Source: a virus
DNA length: 64,000 nt
Virus record (IMG/VR): IMGVR_UViG_3300045988_151219
Span: 1-64,000 of that record
Direction: 5' to 3' (one strand)
The position numbers were made by a program, and so were the translations under genes. This document shows positions 45,322 through 55,500 of the stretch, one piece after another (within the stretch, counting starts at the first letter, position 1; the number at the start of each line of letters is the position of its first letter). A model generated the notes under the pieces. The model saw only the letters and a program-made list of their open reading frames with translations, did not search any database and had not been told where the DNA came from.

Positions 45322-45836
45322 TTCTTCTGTGTCCTTAAATAAGTATAACCAGCTTCATTAACTCCATTTACAGTTGAATGATAACCCTCTAAATCAGGTC
45401 TCATTGAGACTTTAGGTCTGTACGGAGTGAGTGAACAAATAAACATCAGCGGGTCAATAGAAGACCCTCTCACTTTCTGTACTATAAAGAATCTTTCAGA
45501 CGATATAACTCTCTTTGAGTTAATCTGTATCTTCATCTGGTCTCGTACTTCAAACCCATCTTCATTATTATCTAATGGAGCTATATAAGCTAAGAACGGA
45601 AGTTCTTCGTCTTCGGTCAGCCAGTTATATCTTTTTAAAATAGGTCTCGGATTAGATTCAAAGATTAACCCTATGTGCCTTGCGTCCGAATAAGATACTG
45701 ATTTATCAAAGTACATATCTTCTTCTACTGAATCTGCGGGATATAAATAGGCATCTTGACCAATTAATTTTAATGCTTCCGCATAGTATCTTTGGTATTG
45801 GTCAAACTCCCTATCTACCATCATTAATTCTGCCAT
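45318..45836 (-). CDS. hypothetical head-tail joining protein
   Basis: 172-aa ORF, overlap-coupled to its neighbour. Confidence 0.55.
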   Translation of the reverse strand: MAELMMVDREFDQYQRYYAEALKLIGQDAYLYPADSVEEDMYFDKSVSYSDARHIGLIFESNPRPILKRYNWLTEDEELPFLAYIAPLDNNEDGFEVRDQMKIQINSKRVISSERFFIVQKVRGSSIDPLMFICSLTPYRPKVSMRPDLEGYHSTVNGVNEAGYTYLRTQKK

Positions 45837-45841
45837 AGTTA

Positions 45842-46498
45842 TTATGTCCTACTATCAGAATAAATAATAAACGGACCAAACGGCTTCTCCGTCAAGTCAT
45901 TTTCAAGAACTTGTCTTTCCTGCTGTGCCTCGCTTAACAGTGTGTCTCCGTCTAACTCGATAGGAATGTTAGGAGATTTAAACTTAGACCTGATTCTTCC
46001 TACAGTCTCCTTGCATAAAGATAAAGCGTATGACTGAATCCAGTCTATAGCCTGCTCATCTTGAAGTTCGTCTAATGTAGGTGTAGTTAAACATTGTGCC
46101 GTTACTCTGCCCTGGAAAGCTACGTTATTATCTAAATATAAAAATCCATCTATAAACCGATAGCTGATAGAATCATCTACTATCGGATATGACCCTAAGA
46201 TATACTTTTTAATATCTTTCCGCCTTAAATCAATCGTTTCAAAATCAAATAGACGGTTACCTGTTAGTATAGATTGTGTAGTCCTAAAACACCTAATGAC
46301 TTCATGAACGTTTTCTTTTCGTAAGTCAATAGATGTCATATAAGGTTTAGTTATATATTTCTCTTCCGCTATATAAGGTTTTACTTTTCTATAGGCTTTT
46401 CGTATTAGTCTGGCTATATCTTCATCGGATATTTCCAGTCTTAATACAGACCCACCTAATTGCAGTTTTATATCCTCAACGGTGTCCTGTACGTTCAT
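45842..46498 (-). CDS. hypothetical head-completion/adaptor protein
   Basis: 218-aa ORF, the second gene downstream of the major capsid gene. Function is assigned by position only. Confidence 0.5.
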   Translation of the reverse strand: MNVQDTVEDIKLQLGGSVLRLEISDEDIARLIRKAYRKVKPYIAEEKYITKPYMTSIDLRKENVHEVIRCFRTTQSILTGNRLFDFETIDLRRKDIKKYILGSYPIVDDSISYRFIDGFLYLDNNVAFQGRVTAQCLTTPTLDELQDEQAIDWIQSYALSLCKETVGRIRSKFKSPNIPIELDGDTLLSEAQQERQVLENDLTEKPFGPFIIYSDSRT

Positions 46499-46958
46499 TC
46501 TGCTGATACTCCAGTATTTGATTAGCTATGTACGTTTTCGGAGAAGAATCTGATACTACTAAGTCAAAAGATTTAGCAATAGAGATAAGCTCAATTAAAG
46601 TCTTCTTCATCAATTTAGATTTTGTAAAGACTTCTTTTTTATTCTCTTCTTTAACTGCTTCCTCTAAACTTTCCGGATTTGCTTCTTCTACCTTATTCTC
46701 TTCTTTTTCAGCTATAACTTCTTCTACTTTATCAGGAACTTCTTTAAATCTCAACTCAACAAAGATTCTGCGATAACGTTTATAGTACAGTTCTTCATCA
46801 CGTGAGATTTCTCCTAAAAAGTAAGAGTGTGCCGGATAGATGTTAATAGAATCTTTATATTCTACAATCTTTCCGTTTATTTCTTTCTTCTTGAAACCGT
46901 ACAAAAATACATTTACTAATGAATAAGAATTGTTGTACAAATAAGCTTGTCTTGACAT
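46476..46958 (-). CDS. hypothetical protein with acidic linker and C-terminal HeH/Rho_N-like motif
   Basis: 160 aa. KLMKKTLIELISIAKSFDLVV resembles the helix-extended-helix motif often found in small proteins next to capsid genes. Confidence 0.5.
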   Translation of the reverse strand: MSRQAYLYNNSYSLVNVFLYGFKKKEINGKIVEYKDSINIYPAHSYFLGEISRDEELYYKRYRRIFVELRFKEVPDKVEEVIAEKEENKVEEANPESLEEAVKEENKKEVFTKSKLMKKTLIELISIAKSFDLVVSDSSPKTYIANQILEYQQNERTGHR

Positions 46959-47005
46959 TATTTTCTCCTTCCTAACACATAAATATATGTTATGTCTTAA
47001 GATAT

Positions 47006-47042
47006 AAGAAAGCCGCCTCCGTTAATCAGAAGCGGCTTTCTT
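47006..47042 (-). terminator. GC-rich hairpin after the major capsid gene
   Basis: AAGAAAGCCGC-(15 nt)-GCGGCTTTCTT, flanked by A/T runs on both sides and therefore possibly bidirectional. It lies about 40 nt after the capsid stop. Confidence 0.6.
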
Positions 47043-47082
47043 TTTATTATTTTATAACTGTGTGAGCAGTCATAAACTAAGA

Positions 47083-48558
47083 TTAATGTCCGTCAGACGC
47101 CTGTTTTTCATAGAAAATTGTACCCCGAACATAAAGATTCGGTTCAATCATTCTCTTAGCGTAAGACGTTGCATATCCACGGCGACCCATAAAGTCGTCC
47201 AACATTACCAGTTCAGTGTTGTAGAACATCATGTAGGGACTATATACAAACCCTGTATCAATCAGCGTATCGCCTTTGTAACCTACCAGGTAATCGTTTT
47301 CACCTAAGAACGGGTCAAAGTATACGTCTACCTGTCCATCAAGTTTACCTGCAAAATACGGACCAGCTGCCGGAGCTGCTGAACCCTGAAAGCGGGGAGC
47401 CCCTACCATGTTTAAGAGGTCCTGTGCTTTCTTTCCGCAAACTACCCAATTACCGCGGACACGTTTTGTACGGTTGTAAATTGCGTTACACTGTACATGA
47501 ATTTCATTTACGAAAGTCTGAGCCCATTCAGACTGCGAAATGTTAGCTGCAAAAGCGTTGTAGTAGTTATTGAATGAAGAAACAGCTTTAGTACCGTTCC
47601 AAATAGAATTAATGATATCACCGTCAGTTTCATGTTTCAGTTCATTAGCAGCTGCAACAAGCAGTGATTCAGCAATATCAATACCCTGTGCCATCTGGAT
47701 ATCATAAGCTGCATCCAGTGAGAACAGTGAACGGAGCTTTCTCGGCTTAGCAGTTACAAACGTATCAGAAATCTGGATATTGATTTCCGGTACTGCTGCC
47801 GGAGCATATTCTAAATCCTGTTCATAAGAAATAGATACATCGTGAGGACCAGCAACAATGCCCGCAAGTTCTACTACGCCGGTAGCATAGTCAACAGTAC
47901 CTGTAATAGTTCCGCCAGTTGCTTCTGCTAATACTCCATCAGAAGAGTCTTCAACAACTGCATCACCTACGTGGATTAATACAGTTCCAGGAACTACCGG
48001 TACATTTTCAATAGACGTTTTATAAGTAGCAGTAGCTGTCGGTTCATGTGCTTCATCTTCAACTACTTCGCCAGTATAGTTACGTCCATTGTAACCGGCA
48101 GTTTCAAACTGCCCAAATAAAGTATCGCCTTTTTTATTGCGACCTCTGTTTGTACCACGGACATATTTCAGGAAGAAAATCTGCCCCTGTTTCTGCTGCA
48201 AAGGCTGTACAGATACAAGCTGTTCAGCAATGATGTTCGGAAAGACTCCCGTGATCACATCGAAAGCCTGGCGTTTCAGATTCAGTGTATTAACGTTACC
48301 TGAATTATTATATTTGTAAGACTGTGTACCGCTGATTCCGAAAGTCGGGTCAGCAGCTTCGTAAATGGGATGACCCATAGTCTTGCAGTTATACGCCTGG
48401 TCTACTGATTCAAGAAGCATTCCCAAACGAATCTTTTCTTCGTCAGAAAATGAACGACCTTTTGAACGACGGTCTGCTTCTACACAGTCCATACGTCCTT
48501 TGTACTTTTTAAGCAGATATTCACTCTGCTGATATAATTTACTCTGCCATGATTCCAT
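47083..48558 (-). CDS. major capsid protein
   Basis: 491 aa, immediately after the protease-scaffold gene and followed by a strong hairpin. Visibly GC-richer codon usage than the neighbours. A gp23-like N-terminal propeptide has a candidate cleavage site at IYE/AADP. Confidence 0.8.
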   Translation of the reverse strand: MESWQSKLYQQSEYLLKKYKGRMDCVEADRRSKGRSFSDEEKIRLGMLLESVDQAYNCKTMGHPIYEAADPTFGISGTQSYKYNNSGNVNTLNLKRQAFDVITGVFPNIIAEQLVSVQPLQQKQGQIFFLKYVRGTNRGRNKKGDTLFGQFETAGYNGRNYTGEVVEDEAHEPTATATYKTSIENVPVVPGTVLIHVGDAVVEDSSDGVLAEATGGTITGTVDYATGVVELAGIVAGPHDVSISYEQDLEYAPAAVPEINIQISDTFVTAKPRKLRSLFSLDAAYDIQMAQGIDIAESLLVAAANELKHETDGDIINSIWNGTKAVSSFNNYYNAFAANISQSEWAQTFVNEIHVQCNAIYNRTKRVRGNWVVCGKKAQDLLNMVGAPRFQGSAAPAAGPYFAGKLDGQVDVYFDPFLGENDYLVGYKGDTLIDTGFVYSPYMMFYNTELVMLDDFMGRRGYATSYAKRMIEPNLYVRGTIFYEKQASDGH

Positions 48559-48572
48559 ACACTATTACCCCT

Positions 48573-49961
48573 TTAGTTTATCTGGGTAAGAAAGCTATTT
48601 AACCTTGTATGATTTTCGTTAATTGAATTGATTGTTTCTACCTTTTGAGGCTTATTAACTATTGACTCATTAACTACTGTCGTTTGGTAATATGCTTTCG
48701 CCCCATAGTCAAAATTTGATTTCTTTTTGACGCTCTTCTTTATTTTAGGCTTTGAGATAACAGGCTTTACAGACTCTACTATCTTTTCCTCTTTTTTAGA
48801 AAGCTGCGTCTTTAAATTCTTTATTTGCTTATTTAAAAGCTTTTTGGTTTCGGTAGATTCTTCTATCTTAGAAAAATAAGTGGCTTTTAACATAGAATTT
48901 GATTCCTGTAAAAAGTCTATCTCTTTACTAAGACTATCAATAGATTCTTCTAACTTCATGTTAGAAGCTATAGCAACATCAACTTCTTTAGATTTCTCGA
49001 CAAGTGCCAGCTTACTTTTAGAGATTTCTTTATTAAAGTGACTTGCCTGGCTGTCTATAGATTCTTTTAAATCTTTTATATCTTTACGATATGAAGAAAC
49101 TTGGTTATTTAGAGTCTGGATGTTGTCTGTAAGTGTAGAGATTTTCGCTCTAAGTGTAGAAATTTCTTCTTCACTTTCAAGTAATTTAGACTCTGTTATA
49201 ATATTTTCTTCAAAAAGATTCTCGTAAGACTCGTCTAAAATCTCTTTGTCAGAAGTGCTGTTTTTGATTTTAGCGTCTATCTTACTTTTAATAGAATCAT
49301 ATATATTAGAATCCATAGATTCAAATATCGGTTTTAATGATTTAATATCCGATGAAGTCGCTTCATCAAGATATTTATTCAATGTGTCAATAAATGTAGC
49401 ATTAGACGATTCATTGACCGGAGAAAGTCTTGAAGTAGAAAAGCCAGGATTAGGTACAAAGTCAAATCCTTTAAAAACATAGTTATCTTCATCAGGATAA
49501 CTTATACCATCTCTAACGGTCATTGACCCTCTGGCTCTTGCAGAAATACCCATTTTACTACCATACTTTATCATGGTATATACCATTCTTCCTGCTGGTG
49601 TATTGAGTATGTCGGCTCTTCCCCACAAGACTTTTTTAGCTTCATCCCACCATAATTTAATTACATTATGGGATACTTTATTTAAATCAATATCAAACCG
49701 TTCTTCCGGATGTGATAATTCTCCGAATAATGTACGGTTTTCCATTAATTCAATAGTGGTTGGATAGTTACGTATCTTATTCTCTACTAAAGAAAAAGTG
49801 TAACCCCGCATATTGTTATTTATTTCATCAACTGAAATAAACGGACCCTCAACGGAACAAAGCACAGCATCGTTAGGTACGTTACTTTCAGTAGATTCAC
49901 ATATTTTTAATTGATGTACTTGTATATTGCTTAAGTATTGTAATTCTTTATCTGTAGGCAA
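48573..49961 (-). CDS. prohead core protease (T4 gp21 / S77-like) fused to a coiled-coil scaffold region
   Basis: 462 aa. FGELSHPEE...IKLWWDEAKKVLWGRADIL...GSKMGISARARGS parallels T4 gp21 ALGELNHP...DMWWKGNDVYGRARVI...GVSSRGLGS. The C-terminal half is heptad-rich (LRAKISTLTDNIQTLNNQVSSYRKDIKDLKESI). Confidence 0.8.
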   Translation of the reverse strand: MPTDKELQYLSNIQVHQLKICESTESNVPNDAVLCSVEGPFISVDEINNNMRGYTFSLVENKIRNYPTTIELMENRTLFGELSHPEERFDIDLNKVSHNVIKLWWDEAKKVLWGRADILNTPAGRMVYTMIKYGSKMGISARARGSMTVRDGISYPDEDNYVFKGFDFVPNPGFSTSRLSPVNESSNATFIDTLNKYLDEATSSDIKSLKPIFESMDSNIYDSIKSKIDAKIKNSTSDKEILDESYENLFEENIITESKLLESEEEISTLRAKISTLTDNIQTLNNQVSSYRKDIKDLKESIDSQASHFNKEISKSKLALVEKSKEVDVAIASNMKLEESIDSLSKEIDFLQESNSMLKATYFSKIEESTETKKLLNKQIKNLKTQLSKKEEKIVESVKPVISKPKIKKSVKKKSNFDYGAKAYYQTTVVNESIVNKPQKVETINSINENHTRLNSFLTQIN

Positions 49962-49998
49962 GGTTTCACCCCCAATAAACTAAGATAATATATAAGAG

Positions 49999-52230
49999 TT
50001 AGGTTCTAATTAATCTTTGTTTATATCCCGAATCGTACTTGCGAATTTCGTTGACTGAAAAATGTTTTGTCACTACCCAAATTAATTTATTCTTATTCCG
50101 CCTAATATATGATAAAGAAGTTGATGAATCGTTTCCGAAAAATTCACCGTCAGTAAATACAATTATGCAGTCTGTCTTCTGATTTACTCTTTTCTTTACC
50201 ATCTCTACCGCTGTAGAAAAGTCCGTTCCACCCTGCGGATATTTCGCATAAGCTGCAGCAACTCTACCATACAGACCCCTTAAGGTTGTGTAGTGTTCCC
50301 AATAATAATCTTTGTCAGACGCCCAATATAAAGCTTCGACCTTCAAATTATGTTTGATTATTTTACTTATATTATCTATTTCCGAAATAACTAAACGATA
50401 TTTATTTGCAGACATAGAACCCGAATTATCAAACATTAAAACTATACGTCCTATATAAGATTCATCAGCTGATGAACCAAACGCTCCTTCAAGTCTTCTG
50501 GACGGGTCATTAGGTCTATACTCTTCTTTTACGTTTAAATAATTGGTAAGTAAAGCTCTTAATTTAACTTTCCAATTAGATAAATTCTGATTAACTTTCA
50601 GCGGCTTTTCCATAATAGGTGAAGAAGCCTTCAACGTTTTCTTAGCCTTTGCTAAAGAACTATTTGAGTCTTCATCATCTTTTACAATTCCAGCTTCTTT
50701 TAATTCTCTTAATTCATCTTGGTCTTCTTTACCTTGTTCATTATTTGTATTGTTCAAAATCTTTTCTACTACATCTTTTAAATCTTTTTGTGACATAGCC
50801 GGCATAGATGAATTAGATTTAGACTGTCTAACTAAAATGTTACGCATAGATTTAGGTATAGATGAATTTCCGCCACTTGAAGAGTCACTGCCAGAAGAAC
50901 CACTTTGAGAATCTCCAGCTTGAGAAGTTGTACCCGAACTACCGCTATCTTGCGAATCTCCTTTGTTACCTTTCATATCATTCTGGCTTAAATCTCTTCC
51001 TGTACTTGAAGAGTTTCCACCATTACTACCTTGAGATGAATTATTTCCGTTTTGACTTTGTTGCGAACTTGATGAACCGCCACTCTGTTGATTTTGCTGG
51101 GAATTTCCGCTCTGTTGACGTTGCTGTGAGTTACCACCCTGCTGATTATCTTCCGTATCTACATTGTTACCGTTAGATACTATTTGTTTTTCATTTCCAT
51201 CTTCATCAACCATGGAAATATTATCAGAAAATCTCTTGATAAAATCTAATATTTTATGAGTTACTATTACAGAATTATCTTTATAGTATTCAAGTAATGA
51301 GTTTGAAATAGAAAAATTAACTCCTAAATAGCCGTCAAAGTCAGTCACTTTAGATAAAACATTAGAAGGTAAAGATACTTTTCCATCTAACAGCTGTTTA
51401 AAAGCTTCTCTTAAAATCTTATAGAATTTGTCTTTTGTAAAATCTACTTTACCTAAAGAGAAAAACATGTCATTAGAAACGCCTGTTATCATCGGAGACT
51501 TTAACAAAACTTTTTCTAACGGCAAGTTTATACAAGCATCTTCTACTATATTACATAAAGTATGAGGATATTTTTTAAAAGATTTTTGAAATAAATGTCC
51601 TCTGTAGATGTGGCTCATCTCATGAGCCAGCAAAAGAACTATTGAATTTTTGGCTTCATTTACTATTAAATCAATAGCTCTTTTGTCAGTTAATTTTAAA
51701 TATCTTATATATTCATTGGTAGACTGATAAAGTGCCTGATAAATAATAAATTCCGGATTGTACCAAAGCTCAACGTCTCCTGATAAAGTCCTGGTAACAC
51801 ATAAAGTCGGTATCTTCCTATTTACTTTCTGCGGAATGTGATTAAAGATAATAGCATATTGAGGAAATAAAATATTTAATCTCTTTACAGCAGCATTAAA
51901 CAATTCAACGCCTAACTGCGGATTAACTTTTTTCATTTCCTCTTTTACTATATCAGCAAGCTTTTGTCTTATTTTTAATGTGTCTACATCAGCACTATAA
52001 TTATTAGATAAAGTAGCTTCTTCTTTTGAGCCTTCCGGAGAATAAGCTACTCCTATTGAAAAAGTATTGTCCGGATTTTCTGTGTTAGTATCTTTAGCAA
52101 ATATAAAGTCTATATCTAAAAAGTTCTTCTGTTTTTCAGAAACCAGTTTATTAAGCTCTTGTCCGTCTTTACTAACAAACTTTTCTTTTATATTTTGTAT
52201 ATGTCCTACTATTTCTTTAAAGTTATACAT
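49999..52230 (-). CDS. HExxH metallopeptidase-like / von Willebrand A domain protein with central Q/S/G/N low-complexity linker
   Basis: 743 aa. LLLAHEMSHIYRGH contains the HExxH motif. The C-terminal domain has RIVLMFDNSGSMS (MIDAS DxSxS) and IIVFTDGEF. The architecture resembles DUF2201_N plus VWA-like proteins that pair with MoxR ATPases. Confidence 0.75.
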   Translation of the reverse strand: MYNFKEIVGHIQNIKEKFVSKDGQELNKLVSEKQKNFLDIDFIFAKDTNTENPDNTFSIGVAYSPEGSKEEATLSNNYSADVDTLKIRQKLADIVKEEMKKVNPQLGVELFNAAVKRLNILFPQYAIIFNHIPQKVNRKIPTLCVTRTLSGDVELWYNPEFIIYQALYQSTNEYIRYLKLTDKRAIDLIVNEAKNSIVLLLAHEMSHIYRGHLFQKSFKKYPHTLCNIVEDACINLPLEKVLLKSPMITGVSNDMFFSLGKVDFTKDKFYKILREAFKQLLDGKVSLPSNVLSKVTDFDGYLGVNFSISNSLLEYYKDNSVIVTHKILDFIKRFSDNISMVDEDGNEKQIVSNGNNVDTEDNQQGGNSQQRQQSGNSQQNQQSGGSSSSQQSQNGNNSSQGSNGGNSSSTGRDLSQNDMKGNKGDSQDSGSSGTTSQAGDSQSGSSGSDSSSGGNSSIPKSMRNILVRQSKSNSSMPAMSQKDLKDVVEKILNNTNNEQGKEDQDELRELKEAGIVKDDEDSNSSLAKAKKTLKASSPIMEKPLKVNQNLSNWKVKLRALLTNYLNVKEEYRPNDPSRRLEGAFGSSADESYIGRIVLMFDNSGSMSANKYRLVISEIDNISKIIKHNLKVEALYWASDKDYYWEHYTTLRGLYGRVAAAYAKYPQGGTDFSTAVEMVKKRVNQKTDCIIVFTDGEFFGNDSSTSLSYIRRNKNKLIWVVTKHFSVNEIRKYDSGYKQRLIRT
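50860..51177 (-). repeat. low-complexity coding tract (Q/S/G/N-rich, about 105 codons) inside the vWA protein
   Basis: QQGGNSQQRQQSGNSQQNQQSGGSSSSQQSQNGNNSSQGSNGGNSSS...GDSQSGSSGSDSSSGGNSS. These are imperfect short repeats at nucleotide level. Confidence 0.8.
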
Positions 52231-52235
52231 AAACT

Positions 52236-52568
52236 TTATTCCTCATAAGAAAATCCGATTCCGTTATATCTCGGTCGGCCTAAAGCTTCTATTGTGAGCT
52301 TATATAAATCTTTACTTCTAATCACTACTATATCAAAATCATATATTGTGTGATTAACATTCTGGCGATATTTAATTTTAAATCCGCCTGTAAATTTAGT
52401 GCTGTTATTTACATACCGCCCATCAGTCGCAATAGCAGGAACGAAATATTTCTCATAATCATTCCTGCTCACGTCTATAGAAATGATTTTATTACTGTCT
52501 TCTACTTCTTCTAAGTCAGTACGATAATCGATTGAATTAAGAAAAGATATAAGTACCTCTTTTAACAT
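52236..52568 (-). CDS. hypothetical protein
   Basis: 110-aa ORF between the AAA and vWA genes, with 1-5 nt spacers. Confidence 0.55.
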   Translation of the reverse strand: MLKEVLISFLNSIDYRTDLEEVEDSNKIISIDVSRNDYEKYFVPAIATDGRYVNNSTKFTGGFKIKYRQNVNHTIYDFDIVVIRSKDLYKLTIEALGRPRYNGIGFSYEE

Positions 52569-52569
52569 C

Positions 52570-55500
52570 TTATTTTGCTCCTTTATTAATATTAGCAGCT
52601 ACTTTAGCTTTGATTTCATCAGAAACTACTACCCCTACACTGTCCATAAGCTCTACCAGTAAGTCTGCTGTATCAAAAGCTTTATTAATAAATTTTCTAA
52701 AATATGTACTGTCTTTTCCTGTATAAAGCATATTAACTTTATATTCATTTGATGGAAGACTATTTAAGAAAGCATAAACAACTTCTCTATCATATTCTGG
52801 GTCTTTATTATCAAAATGGTCAATATACTGTTTAAACAAGCTATTAACAACTGAATATCTCTTTTCAATTACAGGTATAATAGAAATTTCCTGTTCTAAG
52901 AATTTGTTTAATATGTCTATTGATACGCAATCTTCTAAATCATAATGCTCTATTTCTCGGTCAGACACATTATTATAAAACTGTCCGAATTTAGAAGAAG
53001 CATCACTTCCTACAATATAAGTAAAAGCTTCTTTACGGTCACGCATAACTTCAATATCTATCTGTCTTGCAATAACCGCTAATCTCTGGAAAGTCCTATA
53101 AAGAGAATCATCTTCTTTTATACTATCAGAAGTATGAGAAGCTACTAATTCCTGGAGCGTTTCTGCTACTGATTGAGAATCTACCTGCTCCCCACCTAAG
53201 GTAACAGAATAATCCCCTCTGGCACCAGCCCATTTATGAATGTACTTCTTGACTGTATTGTAGACATCTACAAAATCAGTATCTTTTCCCTCTCCTGAAA
53301 TTAAATCAGCTACCTGTCTTTGTGTCTTTTCATCAGGGAACAATACAACTCCTCTAAACATAGAAGTTGATTTAGAGTTCTTTATAAATGTACTTAAGTC
53401 TTCCCACGCTCTGGTAGATGAAGAAGAACATTCTAATGACCGCTTTTCAACTGTATTCATAAAAGCAATAGCATCTTCCGGAGCTAAGTCATTAAAATAT
53501 TTTTGTACTTCCGGAGCAAATTCTGAATCTTTCATATACTTCTGGAAAGATTTTAAATCAAGCTCATCAAATTCAGGTTTCTTTAATACTGAAAATCTTG
53601 CTGAAAATGCAGGGTCAAGAGGTTTAACGTCAGAATAAGCTTCCCCTACGTTACAAGAACCTACAACTTTTACTCTGTCTTTATTGAATTTTATACCTCT
53701 AAATCTGTGGTCTGAAATAACTTCTAAGATAGCACTCATAAGAGTCGTATCAGAAAGTCTATTCATTTCATCAAAATGAATAATAACTTCCTGTCCTACG
53801 TCCGCTGCTTTTCTTAGCTTATAATATAATTCTCCGTCACAAGCTTTTATAGTAGTCTTTTCAGGCAAGTTAAATTCAGACAGCTTAGGCAACTCATTTA
53901 GTTCAGACTCATTTAAATTAAGTCCGCCTAAAATATAACGGGCTACAGATACAGTAGTAGGAATACCCATCAAGTCCAGTCTATCTTGTTCAGCTAAGTT
54001 TACATCTATCAGTAAAGCCTTTCTTTTATTTGCTATTGCTTTTAACCTTGAAGATTTACCCATAGATGAAGCTGTTTCAAGCAGAATAGGTGTATTAGAA
54101 TCAATACCCTGTTCTATAAAATCAGACATAACATCATCAGAAAGTTCAGCTTCTTTATATCCTAATTTAGTCAGATAGTCATAGAAGTTTTCTCCACCTT
54201 CTCCTAAAAGACCCATAAAGATATCTTTCTTAATTACTTTATCGGGATGTTGATAAAGATAGTTTGAAGCCATTTCCCACGTGCGGAAGTTAGGATAAGA
54301 AGTTTCCCCAGCTTTGTCAGTATCCCCTGTATCATTATAAACTTTCTCTACTAAAGAAAAATCATAATACTGTGTTGGGAATTTTTCTAAGTATTCTCTT
54401 ACTACCGGATGAATGTTAGTCCTGTCTCCTTCAGACTTTTCATCTGCCCAGGCTTTCCACGGTTTAATAACATCTTCCGGCAAAATAGGAATAGGTTCAA
54501 AACGGTCATTAAAAGCAGCATCGTCTGAAATTCCTACTTGATATATTGACTGTAAATCTTCTTCTTTTCCTACGGCATAGTTAGAAGCTGCTACAATCTT
54601 AGCATACTTCATAGGGTGACCCATAAATTCCTTGTCCGACAGTATCTTTGTAAAAGCTTGTCTGATAGGTGGATAACATCTCATAAGTTCGTCCAGGAAC
54701 AGAACAGGCGGTTTTGCTCCTTCTTTAAACTTATTCAATATTTTTGTGAGTCTTTCTTTGTCATAGTCTTCTGCGGTTTCTATTTTCTCTTCTATAATAG
54801 GAATAGATTTACGGCAGAAATCTACGTATGAATCTAAGCATTCTATCATAAAAGAAGCAGGAGCTGAATTTGCCACTATCTCTGAAAGGTCCTCTAAATC
54901 TTCTGTATTATTTACTTTAGATAAACCTTGTAAGTCAAGACGTGATAAGAAAGCTAACCGAATATCTACTAAACGATAGCCATACTGGTCAGCTAATTTC
55001 TTAACCATAGCAGATTTAGCTACCCCTGACTGCCCTAAAAGCAAAGGTATTCTATTCTGCGGTTTATCATTTTGAAAATAAACATCAAGTCTACTTACAT
55101 ATGTAGGGGTACCTGATTCTACATTCCCTACACTGTTTTTAAATTCATCATCATCTACTTTGTTAAATAGGTCTTTGAGATTTGCTTCATCAATAGTCAT
55201 AAGTTTCATAGGTTTCCTTTGGATAGATTCATTAATATAATTATTAAAAGGGTGGTCATCAGTTAAAGAGTCTTTGTGATTTAAGCAGAAGTCTAAATAG
55301 TAAGAGTCCGAAACTCCCCCTATTTCCTGTCCGTCTATATCAGAATAGACTACAGTCGTTCCGCTTTCTGCCGTATCTACATATGAGTTTCTTAAAACAT
55401 CGTTATAGTCTACTTCGACTATCATTGCTTTAATTTTCTCCATATGCTTTTTAATCGAATATACGACAAAATCAGGTTCTGTCATTACATAAAAATTAAA

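Noticed and set aside
47083-48558. The visibly GC-richer composition of the capsid gene (and of 32453..33575) as a sign of horizontal acquisition.
   Set aside because: The GC-richer segments coincide with the most conserved and highly expressed structural genes. Codon and amino-acid constraints explain the shift, and no mobile-element boundaries flank them. I could not compute statistics.
50860-51177. Q/S/G/N-rich tract as a non-coding tandem repeat or VNTR.
   Set aside because: It is in-frame within a long ORF that has functional domains on both sides. The repeats are imperfect. It is interpreted as a disordered linker.
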